Origin: Methylorubrum extorquens
Lineage (GTDB): Bacteria > Pseudomonadota > Alphaproteobacteria > Rhizobiales > Beijerinckiaceae
DNA length: 32,000 bases
Reading direction: 5' to 3'
Assembly: GCA_900234795.1 (NCBI GenBank)
Contig: LT962688.1
Coordinates: forward strand, 5,640,001 to 5,672,000
The notes beneath the pieces were generated by a model. The model worked only from the letters and a program-made list of their open reading frames with translations. It was not told the DNA's origin and ran no database searches. A program made the translations under genes and the position numbers. Below, in pieces: positions 18,815 through 26,539 of this stretch; the first letter of the stretch is position 1; each line of letters opens with the position of its first letter.

Positions 18815-18918
18815 GGCGTCGGTGAGCCACGGCACGTGCTGCCAGGGGACGTCACGATCTGAGCTATGCCGCGCATCGCTGCCGGCGCTGGCCCGTTGCT
18901 CCCCCTAGAGGAGCCCTC

Positions 18919-19014
18919 ATGGCCAAACCATCCTATGCCGAGAAGTCACCTATCGGGGTGGCAATGCGAAGCCGGTGCCCCCGTTGTGGGCGAGGCCGCC
19001 TGAGTGCCATTTTT
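18919..19014 (+). pseudogene. N-terminal fragment of a second DUF983 gene
   Basis: MAKPSYAEKSPIGVAMRSRCPRCGRGRLSAIF parallels the CPRCGEGDLFDGF start of the intact DUF983 gene. Homology ends where the 3' end of mocR paralog 2 begins (19015). The rest of ORF 18919..19443 is antisense shadow. Confidence 0.35.
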
Positions 19015-20409
19015 TCAAATATAGGTCGAGGCGAGTGCCGGCGAGCCTTCGAGGGCGTGGGCGAGCACTTCCAGGCCGTGCGTGATCTGCTGCCGGGTCG
19101 AGGGGCCGCCGAGGCAGAGGCGCGCAGCCTCCGGCGGGGTCCCGGCCACGCAGAAGGGATCGCTGCCGACGACACCGAGCCCAGCCGACCGGCCCTGGCT
19201 AGCGAAGGCCGAGCGCGTCCAGCCCTCCGGCAGCGTGATCCAGACGTGGAAGCCATGCGGATCGGCGGTGTAGGTCCCGGCCGGAAGCAGCGAGGTCACA
19301 ATGCGCTGGCGCGCGGCCGACTCCTCGCGGACGAACTGGACGATGGCGTCCGCCGTGCCGTCCATAATCCAGCGTGTCGTCAGGGCCGTCGAGATCGGCG
19401 AGGCCATGACGGTCGCGGCCCGCAGCGCACCCGCGAGCGGTAGGGCGGACCGGGCGCTCGGGGCGACCAGGAAGGCAAGGCGAAGGCCGGCGCCCAGGCA
19501 CTTGGCCAACCCTGCCACGTAGTAGGTGACCTCGGGCGCGAGCTCGGCGAAGCTCGGCGGCGGTGCCGGGCAGATGCGCGCGTAGGCATCGTCCTCGATG
19601 ATGGTGACTGCGTAGCGCCGCGCCACTGCGATGATGGCTTCCCGCCGCGTGCGGGACAGGGTCGCGGTGGTCGGGTTCTGCAACAGCGGGTTCAGGTAGA
19701 TCGCCTTCGGCGCGACCTTGGTGCAGGCGGCCGCGAAGGCGTCGGGGTCGACCCCGTGGCGGTCCATCGGCAGATCGACGAGGCGCAGCCCCAGATGGGC
19801 GGCGAGCGCGCGGATGCCGGGATAGGTGATGCGCTCGGCGCAGATCGCGTCACCCGGCCGGGCAATCTGGCCGAGCACGCTGAACAGGGCGCTGTGGGCG
19901 CCGGGACAGATCAGCAAGCGCTCCCGCGTCGTCTCGATCCCTCGGCCCTTCAGCCACCGCAGCGCCGCCTCCTTGTCGTCGTCGGTGCCACCGAAGCCCT
20001 GGTAACGGAGAAGGTTGGCAAGGTCGCCGGAGAGTTCGGCGAAGGAGGCCTGCATGCGCGCCCGCAGGGCCGGCGCGTCGGGCTCCGGAGGGAGGTTCAT
20101 GGTGAAGTCGGCCGGCCCGACTTGTGGCACGCCGGCGGCAGCCCCTGCACGGGCAGAGCGAGCTGGGTCGACCACGAAAGTTCCTTGGCCGACACGGCCC
20201 TCAATCAGACCGCGCTTATGCGCCTCGACATAGCCGCGGGAGACCGTCGTGAAGTTGAGATCGAGCGCCTCGGCGAGGGCGCGCTGGGTCGGCAGGCGCG
20301 TTCCAGGCATCAAGCGCCCCGTCCGGATGTCTTCCGCCAGGGCCTCCGCGATGGCCAGGTAGTGCGGCTTGCCCCAGCGCTTCAGGTCCGGCGTCCAGGC
20401 CCCGGCCAT
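19015..20409 (-). CDS. MocR-type regulator (GntR wHTH plus aminotransferase fold), paralog 2, divergent from the nit cluster
   Basis: HYLAIAEALAEDIRTGRLMPGTRLPTQRALAEALDLNFTTVSRGYVEAHKRGLIEGRVGQGTFV, with the PLP-lysine block AGLAKCLGAGLRLAF. It is colinear with paralog 1 along its whole length. Start ATG 20409 (MAGAWTPDL) was chosen by alignment; 20454 is possible. Confidence 0.85.
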   Translation of the reverse strand: MAGAWTPDLKRWGKPHYLAIAEALAEDIRTGRLMPGTRLPTQRALAEALDLNFTTVSRGYVEAHKRGLIEGRVGQGTFVVDPARSARAGAAAGVPQVGPADFTMNLPPEPDAPALRARMQASFAELSGDLANLLRYQGFGGTDDDKEAALRWLKGRGIETTRERLLICPGAHSALFSVLGQIARPGDAICAERITYPGIRALAAHLGLRLVDLPMDRHGVDPDAFAAACTKVAPKAIYLNPLLQNPTTATLSRTRREAIIAVARRYAVTIIEDDAYARICPAPPPSFAELAPEVTYYVAGLAKCLGAGLRLAFLVAPSARSALPLAGALRAATVMASPISTALTTRWIMDGTADAIVQFVREESAARQRIVTSLLPAGTYTADPHGFHVWITLPEGWTRSAFASQGRSAGLGVVGSDPFCVAGTPPEAARLCLGGPSTRQQITHGLEVLAHALEGSPALASTYI

Positions 20410-20494
20410 GACATCCTGAGGGCTCGTCGGCCCTGCTCGCTTCGCCGCCCTCATCTGTTCCGAGCCTGCACCATCAACACACGATCAAATTTCG

Positions 20495-20562
20495 ATTGTA
20501 TGGCTAGCAAGCGTTATACCGCAACAACGGTTCGAAGCCGCTGTTCAATTTATCCATACAAT
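20495..20562. promoter_or_regulatory. ATTGTATGG ... CCATACAAT inverted half-sites (50-nt spacer)
   Basis: 9-bp perfect arms at 20495-20503 and 20554-20562 in the mocR2/nit intergenic region. Confidence 0.45.
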
Positions 20563-20683
20563 GCCATCAATCGTTGAGCCTCGAACGCGCATCTATTGAT
20601 CACCGAACGCGCAGGGTGTGCCGTAAGAATTGGCGCCCCGAAGTTTTGTACGCAGCATTGAAATCCAACAAATTGATCGCATA

Positions 20684-20696
20684 ATTGTATGCATAC
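20684..20696. promoter_or_regulatory. ATTGTATGCATAC element (palindromic core GTATGCATAC)
   Basis: Same core as 17520-17531. It lies about 40 nt upstream of the -24 element. Confidence 0.5.
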
Positions 20697-20736
20697 TACT
20701 TCAGCGTATTGATTGGCGCATTGATCGCCGAGGTTC

Positions 20737-20751
20737 TGGCACACCGCTTGC
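20737..20751 (+). promoter_or_regulatory. sigma54 (RpoN) -24/-12 promoter TGGCAC-N5-TTGC
   Basis: tctGGcacaccgcttGCca has exact GG-N10-GC spacing and exact TGGCAC and TTGC blocks. It sits 65 nt upstream of the first nit-cluster ATG, which has a strong AAGGAG RBS. Confidence 0.65.
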
Positions 20752-20815
20752 CATGATGGTCCGGTGACCGTTCGCAGCCCCGCCTGCCGCGGTCTCATCC
20801 TTCAAGGAGAGAGCA

Positions 20816-21298
20816 ATGCCTGCCGTGAACCGCGAACCCCACAAGAAGGGCGACTTCCTGGTCGACTACGAGGAGAAGGTCTTCGAGGACGTGAAGGCGG
20901 AGCCGGGCCAGAAGGCGCTCGTCACCTTTCACACGGTCGCGTTCGAAGGCTCCATCGGCCTCGTGAACCTGCTCCAGGCCACCCGCTTGCAGCGCAAGGG
21001 CTTCGACACCTCCATCCTGCTTTACGGTCCTGGCATCACACTCGGCGTCCAACGCGGTTTCCCGCGTCTTGGCGACGAGGCCTTCCCTGGCCACCTCAAC
21101 TTCAACAACCAGCTTGAGAAGTTCATGGCCGAGGGCGGCAAGGTCTATGCCTGCCGCTTCTCGACCCAGGCCCTCTACGGCCACGGCGAGGCGGCCTTCA
21201 TCGAGGGCATCCGCATGATCAACCCCCTCGACGTCCTCGACTGCATCCTCCTGCACAAGCGCGACAACGCGGTGATCATCGACACCTGGACCGTCTGA
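20816..21298 (+). CDS. MSMEG_0572 / Sll0783-family protein (first gene of Nit1C-type cluster)
   Basis: 160 aa at the first position of the conserved cluster. I recognise the sequence as the nitrogen-starvation-response family (..[45 protein letters not shown]..). The RBS is aaggagagagcaATG. Confidence 0.7.
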   Translation: MPAVNREPHKKGDFLVDYEEKVFEDVKAEPGQKALVTFHTVAFEGSIGLVNLLQATRLQRKGFDTSILLYGPGITLGVQRGFPRLGDEAFPGHLNFNNQLEKFMAEGGKVYACRFSTQALYGHGEAAFIEGIRMINPLDVLDCILLHKRDNAVIIDTWTV

Positions 21299-21381
21299 GC
21301 GGGCCGTCGGGTCCGTCGACCGGGACGTCGCATCCGGCGGCCGCACGCGACGCGGCCGCCGTCACAGCCGGAGGATCATCC

Positions 21382-22431
21382 ATGTCAGAGAACCGGATCG
21401 TGCGAGCCGCCGCCGTCCAAATCGCGCCGGACCTCGACCGGCCGGACGGCACCCTGGAGCGCGTGCTCAACGCCATCGACGAAGCCGCCGCCAAGGGCGC
21501 CCGCTTCATGGTCTTCCCCGAGACCTTCGTCCCCTACTACCCGTACTTCTCCTTCGTGCTGCCACCGGCCCTGCAGGGCTCGGAGCACCTGCGCCTCTAC
21601 GAGCGCGCGGTGGCGGTGCCAGGCCCCGTCACTCAAGCCGTCTCGGCCGCAGCCCGCCGCCACGGCGCCGTGGTGGTGCTCGGCGTGAACGAGCGCGACC
21701 ACGGCTCGCTCTACAACACGCAGCTGATTTTCGATGCGGACGGCAGCCTGGCGCTGAAGCGTCGCAAGATCACCCCGACCTACCACGAGCGCATGATCTG
21801 GGGTCAGGGCGACGGCGCCGGCCTCGCCGTCGTGGAGACCGCGGTCGGCCGGGTCGGCGCGCTCGCCTGCTGGGAGCACTACAACCCGCTTGCCCGCTAC
21901 GCGCTCATGGCGCGCCACGAGGAGATCCACGCGGCCCAGTTTCCGGGCTCGCTCGTCGGTCAGATCTTTGCCGACCAAATGGAGGTGACCATCCGCCACC
22001 ACGCTCTGGAGGCGGCCTGCTTCGTGGTCAACGCCACCGGCTGGCTCACCGACGAGCAGGTGGCGCAGGTCTGCCCGGACGAGCGACTGCGCGGCGCCTG
22101 CCGCGGCGGCAACTGCACCGCCATCATCTCGCCTGAGGGCAAGCACCTCGCGGACCCGCTCGGACCCGGCGAGGGCATCCTGATCGCCGACATGGACCTC
22201 GCGCTCGTGACCAAGCGCAAGCGGATGATGGACTCGGTCGGCCACTACGCCCGGCCCGAGCTCCTCAGCCTCCTCCACGACGACCGTCCGGCCTCGTTCG
22301 TGCACCAGCCGATCCGTTCCCAGACCGTTTCCCGGAGCCTCGACCATGAGCAGCAGCCCGCTTCCGACGAGCCTTCCCCTCGATCCCGCCGGCCGTGGCG
22401 GGCCTGGTCGGGATGCCGACGGAGCGCCTGA
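21382..22431 (+). CDS. nitrilase (Nit6803 / Nit1C-type, carbon-nitrogen hydrolase superfamily)
   Basis: The E-K-C catalytic triad is intact: [17 protein letters not shown] and [11 protein letters not shown]. The 3' end overlaps the next ORF, so the exact stop or the downstream start is uncertain. Confidence 0.9.
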   Translation: MSENRIVRAAAVQIAPDLDRPDGTLERVLNAIDEAAAKGARFMVFPETFVPYYPYFSFVLPPALQGSEHLRLYERAVAVPGPVTQAVSAAARRHGAVVVLGVNERDHGSLYNTQLIFDADGSLALKRRKITPTYHERMIWGQGDGAGLAVVETAVGRVGALACWEHYNPLARYALMARHEEIHAAQFPGSLVGQIFADQMEVTIRHHALEAACFVVNATGWLTDEQVAQVCPDERLRGACRGGNCTAIISPEGKHLADPLGPGEGILIADMDLALVTKRKRMMDSVGHYARPELLSLLHDDRPASFVHQPIRSQTVSRSLDHEQQPASDEPSPRSRRPWRAWSGCRRSA

Positions 22432-23518
22432 TCAACGCGTTGCAGTCCTACGGCGTTAGGCTCGCCGATGCTCGCTCTGGGGCGCCGAGCCGCCGCGGCG
22501 GGGCGGGTCCCTCCGACCACAAAGCGATGACCATCGCGGGCCGCACCGTGATGGTGCCGGTCCACACCGAGACCGCCTTCGAGTCGCCGTTCCTGGTGCG
22601 CCGCCCGGACGCGAACGGCGTCTCGGTGATCGAGCACGACGGCGTGGTGATCGGGCAGGCTACCTTCCCGGGCAAGCCGCGCTTCTACGCGCTCTCGACC
22701 TTCGACGGCGTGCCCTACTCGAAGATCGCCGTGCTGCACGGACGGGACGTGCTCGCCACCACCGTGCTGCAGACCTGCATCCGCTATGCCAGCCGCACGA
22801 AGACCTGCCAGTTCTGCTCCATCGGCCAGTCGCTCGCGGCCGGCCGCACGGTGGCCCGCAAGACCCCGGAGCAACTCGCCGAGGTCGCTCGCGCGGCGGT
22901 GCTGCTCGACGACGTCAAGCATATATGGTGATGACGACCGGCACGCCGAACGCCACCGACCGGGGCGCTGCCGTGCTCTGCGAGAGCGCCTTCGCGGTCA
23001 AGGCGGCCGTTGCCCTGCCGATCCAGGCCCAGTGCGAGCCGCCCGACGACGACCGCTGGTTCGAGCGAATGAAGGCGTCCGGCATCGACGCCCTCGGCAT
23101 GCACCTGGAGGCCGTCACTCCGGAGGTCCGTACCCGCATCATGCCGGGCAAGGCGAGCGTGCCACTGGAGCGATACTACGAGGCCTTCGAGGCGGCCGTG
23201 CCGGTCTTCGGCCGTGGCCAGGTTTCGACCTACATCCTGGCCGGGCTCGGCGACGCTCCCGAGGCCATCCTGGAGATGGCCGAGCGGCTCGTCGGGATGG
23301 GGGTCTATCCCTTCGTGGTGCCGTTCGTGCCGATCTCGGGCACGCCGCTGGAGAGCCACCCGGCCCCCGGCCCTGACTTCATGCACGCCATCCTCAAGCC
23401 GCTCGCGGACATGCTGGCGGGCGCGGATCTGCGCTCGACCGACATCAAGGCCGGCTGCGGACGCTGCGGCGCCTGCTCGGCCCTCTCCACCTACGAGCGC
23501 GCAGGGGCGACGGCATGA
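22395..23518 (+). CDS. radical SAM protein (MSMEG_0568 family), interrupted by a 2-nt frameshift (ORFs 22395..22931 and 22925..23518)
   Basis: The N-terminal ORF carries RRGGAGPSD and the cluster motif [14 protein letters not shown]. The C-terminal ORF continues [35 protein letters not shown].. and ends with CGRCGAC. The two are colinear if AT is removed from catATATATgg at 22921-22926. Confidence 0.8.
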
Positions 23519-24060
23519 TCCTCGAACCCGTCCAGCCGTTCCGGCCGAGCCATTTCCGCGTGAAGTTCGCGGTCGCGCCGTGGGAGCGGCGCGCCTGCGC
23601 GGCGCTGCGCCGCCAGGTGTTCTGTAGCGAGCAGGGCATCTTCGCGGACGACGACCGCGACGCCATCGACGCGCACGCCATTCCCATCTGCGCCCTCTCG
23701 ACGCTTGGTGGCGAGGCCGACGCCGTCGTCGGCACGGTGCGCATCCACGAGGTCGCGGAGCGGCCTGGCGAGTGGTGGGGCTCGCGGCTTGCGGTCGCCA
23801 GGGCATTCCGCGGCATGGCCGCGCTCGGGGCCGGCCTTATCCAGGTCGCGGTCTCGTCCGCCCATGCCCGGGGCTGCACCCGCTTCCTCGCCCATGTGCA
23901 GGAACGCAACGTGCCGCTGTTCCAAGCCCTGCACTGGGCAAGCCTTGACGCCATCGACCTGCACGGGCGCCCGCACCACCTGATGCAGGCGGATCTTTCC
24001 GCCTACCCGCCGATGCTCGACCCCGAGCACGGGCTTGTCACCCTCGCCAAGGCCGCGTGA
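23515..24060 (+). CDS. GNAT N-acetyltransferase (MSMEG_0567 / Sll0786 family)
   Basis: GNAT core ..GTVRIHEV..WWGSRLAVARAFRGMAALGAGLIQVAVSSAHARGCTRFLAHVQ. ATGA overlap with the radical SAM gene. Confidence 0.8.
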   Translation: MILEPVQPFRPSHFRVKFAVAPWERRACAALRRQVFCSEQGIFADDDRDAIDAHAIPICALSTLGGEADAVVGTVRIHEVAERPGEWWGSRLAVARAFRGMAALGAGLIQVAVSSAHARGCTRFLAHVQERNVPLFQALHWASLDAIDLHGRPHHLMQADLSAYPPMLDPEHGLVTLAKAA

Positions 24061-25055
24061 TGACGGCCCCCTTCGATATCCAGGCCCTGGCCCGTCAGAT
24101 CCAGGACGCGCGCGGCGTCGCGCACAAGCGCGACATCGACGCGGTGGTGGCACGGCTGGGGCTGGGCGGCCGGCACGCCGCGGTGCCGGTCGGCGACGAC
24201 TGTGCCGCCATTCCCGACGGCGACGGCCATCTGCTCCTCGCCATCGAGGGCTTTCTCGACAGCTTCGTCGCCGCCGACCCGTACTTCGCCGGGTATTGCG
24301 GGATCATGGTCAATCTGAGCGACGTGGCCGCCATGGGCGGGCGTCCGCTCGCGGTGGTCGACGCCCTGTGGAGCCGAGACGCCGGGGCAGCGGACCCGAT
24401 CCTGGCAGGCCTGGCCGACGCGGCCGCGCTCTACGGCGTGCCGGTGGTGGGCGGCCACACCAACACGCGCGCCGATGCCGGCAACCTCGCGGTCGCCGTG
24501 CTCGGGCGGGCGGGCCCGCGCCTGCTGACGAGCTTCGACGCAGCGCCGGCCGACGACCTCGTCGCCGCCATCGACCTGCGCGGGCGGTTCCGCGATCCGC
24601 ACCCCTACTGGGACGCCTCCACCGGCGCTCCGGGCGAGCGGCTGCGCGGCGACCTCTCACTGCTGCCGGGGCTCGCCGAGGACGGCCTGGCCTGTGCGGC
24701 CAAGGACATCAGCATGGCAGGCGTCGTCGGCACAGCCCTGATGCTGCTCGAATGCTCGAACATCGGCGGCGTCATCGACCTCGACGCGATCCCGAGGCCG
24801 GACCACGTCCCACTCGCACGCTGGCTGACCGCCTTCCCAAGCTTTGGCTACCTGCTGAGCGTGCGCCCCGACCGCACGCCGGCCGTGCTCGCGCGCTTCG
24901 CGGAGCGCGGCATCGCGGCCGCCGGGATCGGGCGCCTCGATAAGAGCCGAGTCGCCCGGGTCCGCGGCGCTACGGGCGACGAGGCCGTGGTCTGGGACTT
25001 TGCGGCCAACCCCCTCATTGGCTGCGGCCGGGCCTGTTCCGGAGCCGCATCATGA
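24057..25055 (+). CDS. AIR-synthase-related (PurM superfamily) protein, sll0787 family
   Basis: PurM-like N-domain VPVGDDCAAIPDG..LLLAIEGF, then MVNLSDVAAMGGRPLAVVDAL and GVPVVGGHTN. Start at GTG 24057 or ATG 24060, overlapping the GNAT stop. Confidence 0.8.
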   Translation: MMTAPFDIQALARQIQDARGVAHKRDIDAVVARLGLGGRHAAVPVGDDCAAIPDGDGHLLLAIEGFLDSFVAADPYFAGYCGIMVNLSDVAAMGGRPLAVVDALWSRDAGAADPILAGLADAAALYGVPVVGGHTNTRADAGNLAVAVLGRAGPRLLTSFDAAPADDLVAAIDLRGRFRDPHPYWDASTGAPGERLRGDLSLLPGLAEDGLACAAKDISMAGVVGTALMLLECSNIGGVIDLDAIPRPDHVPLARWLTAFPSFGYLLSVRPDRTPAVLARFAERGIAAAGIGRLDKSRVARVRGATGDEAVVWDFAANPLIGCGRACSGAAS

Positions 25056-26227
25056 CGGCCCTGCGCATCGCCATCCTGACCCACTCCACCAATCCGCGCG
25101 GCGGCGTCGCCCACTGCCTTGCCCTGGCCGAGGCGCTCTGGGCCCTCGGGCACGATGCGGTGGTGCACGCGCCCGATCCGTCCGGCCGCGGCTTCTTCCG
25201 GGATGCGGCCTGCCCCACCGTGTCGGTGGCGGCCCAGGCGGTCAAAGGTGCGACGGTCGACCTCGTGCGGGCCCGCATCAACGACTACCTGCGCCACTTC
25301 TCGACGCCGGCCGCCTGCGACTTCGACGTCTTCCACGCCCATGACGGGATTGGCGGCAACGCGCTCGCAACCCTCAAGCACCGGCGCCTGATCCCGGGCT
25401 TCGTGCGCACGGTCCACCACGTCGACAGCTTCTCCGACCCGCTGCTCGCGGAGTGGCAGGACCGCTCGATCCGAGAGGCCACGCGCCTGCTCTGCGTCAG
25501 CCGAACCTGGGCAGACTGGATCCGGGACGACCTCGGTGCCGAGGCCAATGTCGTCGGGAATGGGGTGGACCTCTCGGTCTATCGCACCGAACCGACCGAG
25601 GCGGACACGGCCGTGCGGGAGCGTTGGGGCCTTGGGCCGGGGCCGGTGATCCTCAGCGTGGGTGGCTTTGAGGAGCGCAAGAACACGCTGGGCATAATCG
25701 AGGCCTTCGCCCGTCTGCGCGCGCGGCATCCTCAGGCGCAGCTCGTCCTTACCGGCGGCGCCTCGCTCCTCGATCATGCCGCCTATCGCGCCGCCTGCCG
25801 CGCGGCCCTGGTGGCGCACGGACTTGCCGTCGGCCTTGGCGAGGCCGTGGTTGAGACGGGCCCCGTCCCGCAGGCCAACATGCCCGCGCTCTACCGGGTC
25901 GCCAACGTCCTGGCCTTCCCCTCCTGGAAAGAGGGGTTCGGCCTTTGCGTGCTGGAGGCGATGGCCTGCGGCACGCCCGCCATCGTCTCACGGCAACCAC
26001 CGTTCACCGAGTACCTCGCGGAGACGGATGCCCTCTTCGTCGATCCGGCCGATCCCGACGCCATCGCGGACGCGATGGCGGAAGCCCTGGCGCCGGACAC
26101 CCGCGCGCGACTGCGACCGGCCGGTTTGGCCCGGTCCGCCGCCCATTCCTGGCGCGCCTGCGCGGAGCGCCACCTCGACGCCTACGCGACCTGCGCCCGC
26201 ACCCGACAGGAACCGATCCATGCCTGA
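25052..26227 (+). CDS. GT4-family glycosyltransferase (MSMEG_0565 family)
   Basis: N-terminus is RIAILTHSTNPRGGVAHCLALAEAL. The E-x7-E motif is FPSWKEGFGLCVLEAMACGTP. ATGA overlap with the upstream gene. Confidence 0.85.
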   Translation: MTALRIAILTHSTNPRGGVAHCLALAEALWALGHDAVVHAPDPSGRGFFRDAACPTVSVAAQAVKGATVDLVRARINDYLRHFSTPAACDFDVFHAHDGIGGNALATLKHRRLIPGFVRTVHHVDSFSDPLLAEWQDRSIREATRLLCVSRTWADWIRDDLGAEANVVGNGVDLSVYRTEPTEADTAVRERWGLGPGPVILSVGGFEERKNTLGIIEAFARLRARHPQAQLVLTGGASLLDHAAYRAACRAALVAHGLAVGLGEAVVETGPVPQANMPALYRVANVLAFPSWKEGFGLCVLEAMACGTPAIVSRQPPFTEYLAETDALFVDPADPDAIADAMAEALAPDTRARLRPAGLARSAAHSWRACAERHLDAYATCARTRQEPIHA

Positions 26228-26501
26228 GATGCGCTTTCACGTCCGCTGGCCCGATGGCCGCCGTGAGGCCTGCTACTCGCCCTCGCTCGTCGTGAAGGAC
26301 TTCTTCACGCCGGGAGAGAGCTACCCCCTGGACGACTTCGTGGAGAAGTCTCGCACTGCCTTGAACATCGCGAGCGAGCGGGTGCGCGAGAAGTACGGCT
26401 TCGCGTGCTCATCGGCCATGGACCAGCTCGCCCGCATCGAGGCCGCCGCGAAGCGGCAGGAGCCCGGTGGCCAAGTCACCATCGAGTCCTTCGAGCCCTG
26501 A
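26220..26501 (+). CDS. MSMEG_0570-family small protein
   Basis: 93 aa from the internal ATG of ORF 25776..26501 (MPEMRFHVRWPDGRREACYSPSLVVKDFF..). It overlaps the GT stop by 8 nt. Size and position match the small conserved cluster member. Confidence 0.65.
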   Translation: MPEMRFHVRWPDGRREACYSPSLVVKDFFTPGESYPLDDFVEKSRTALNIASERVREKYGFACSSAMDQLARIEAAAKRQEPGGQVTIESFEP

Positions 26502-26539
26502 GCCAACGCCCTCTCCCTGACCCTCATGGAGCCAGAGCC

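Noticed and set aside
20466-20482. TGCACCATCAACACACG as a possible NtrC half-site upstream of the sigma54 promoter
   Set aside because: Only one half-site resembles the TGCACC..GGTGCA consensus. This is too weak to call without a PWM scan.
21385-22347. 320-aa ORF antisense to the nitrilase
   Set aside because: Shadow ORF. The nitrilase strand has the full E-K-C triad.
22784-25819. Several long ORFs (22784..23806 -, 23491..24153 -, 24035..24943 +, 24848..25819 -) within the nit cluster
   Set aside because: Extremely Arg/Pro/Ala-rich and mutually overlapping. The frames I annotated carry family motifs and coupled start/stop junctions.
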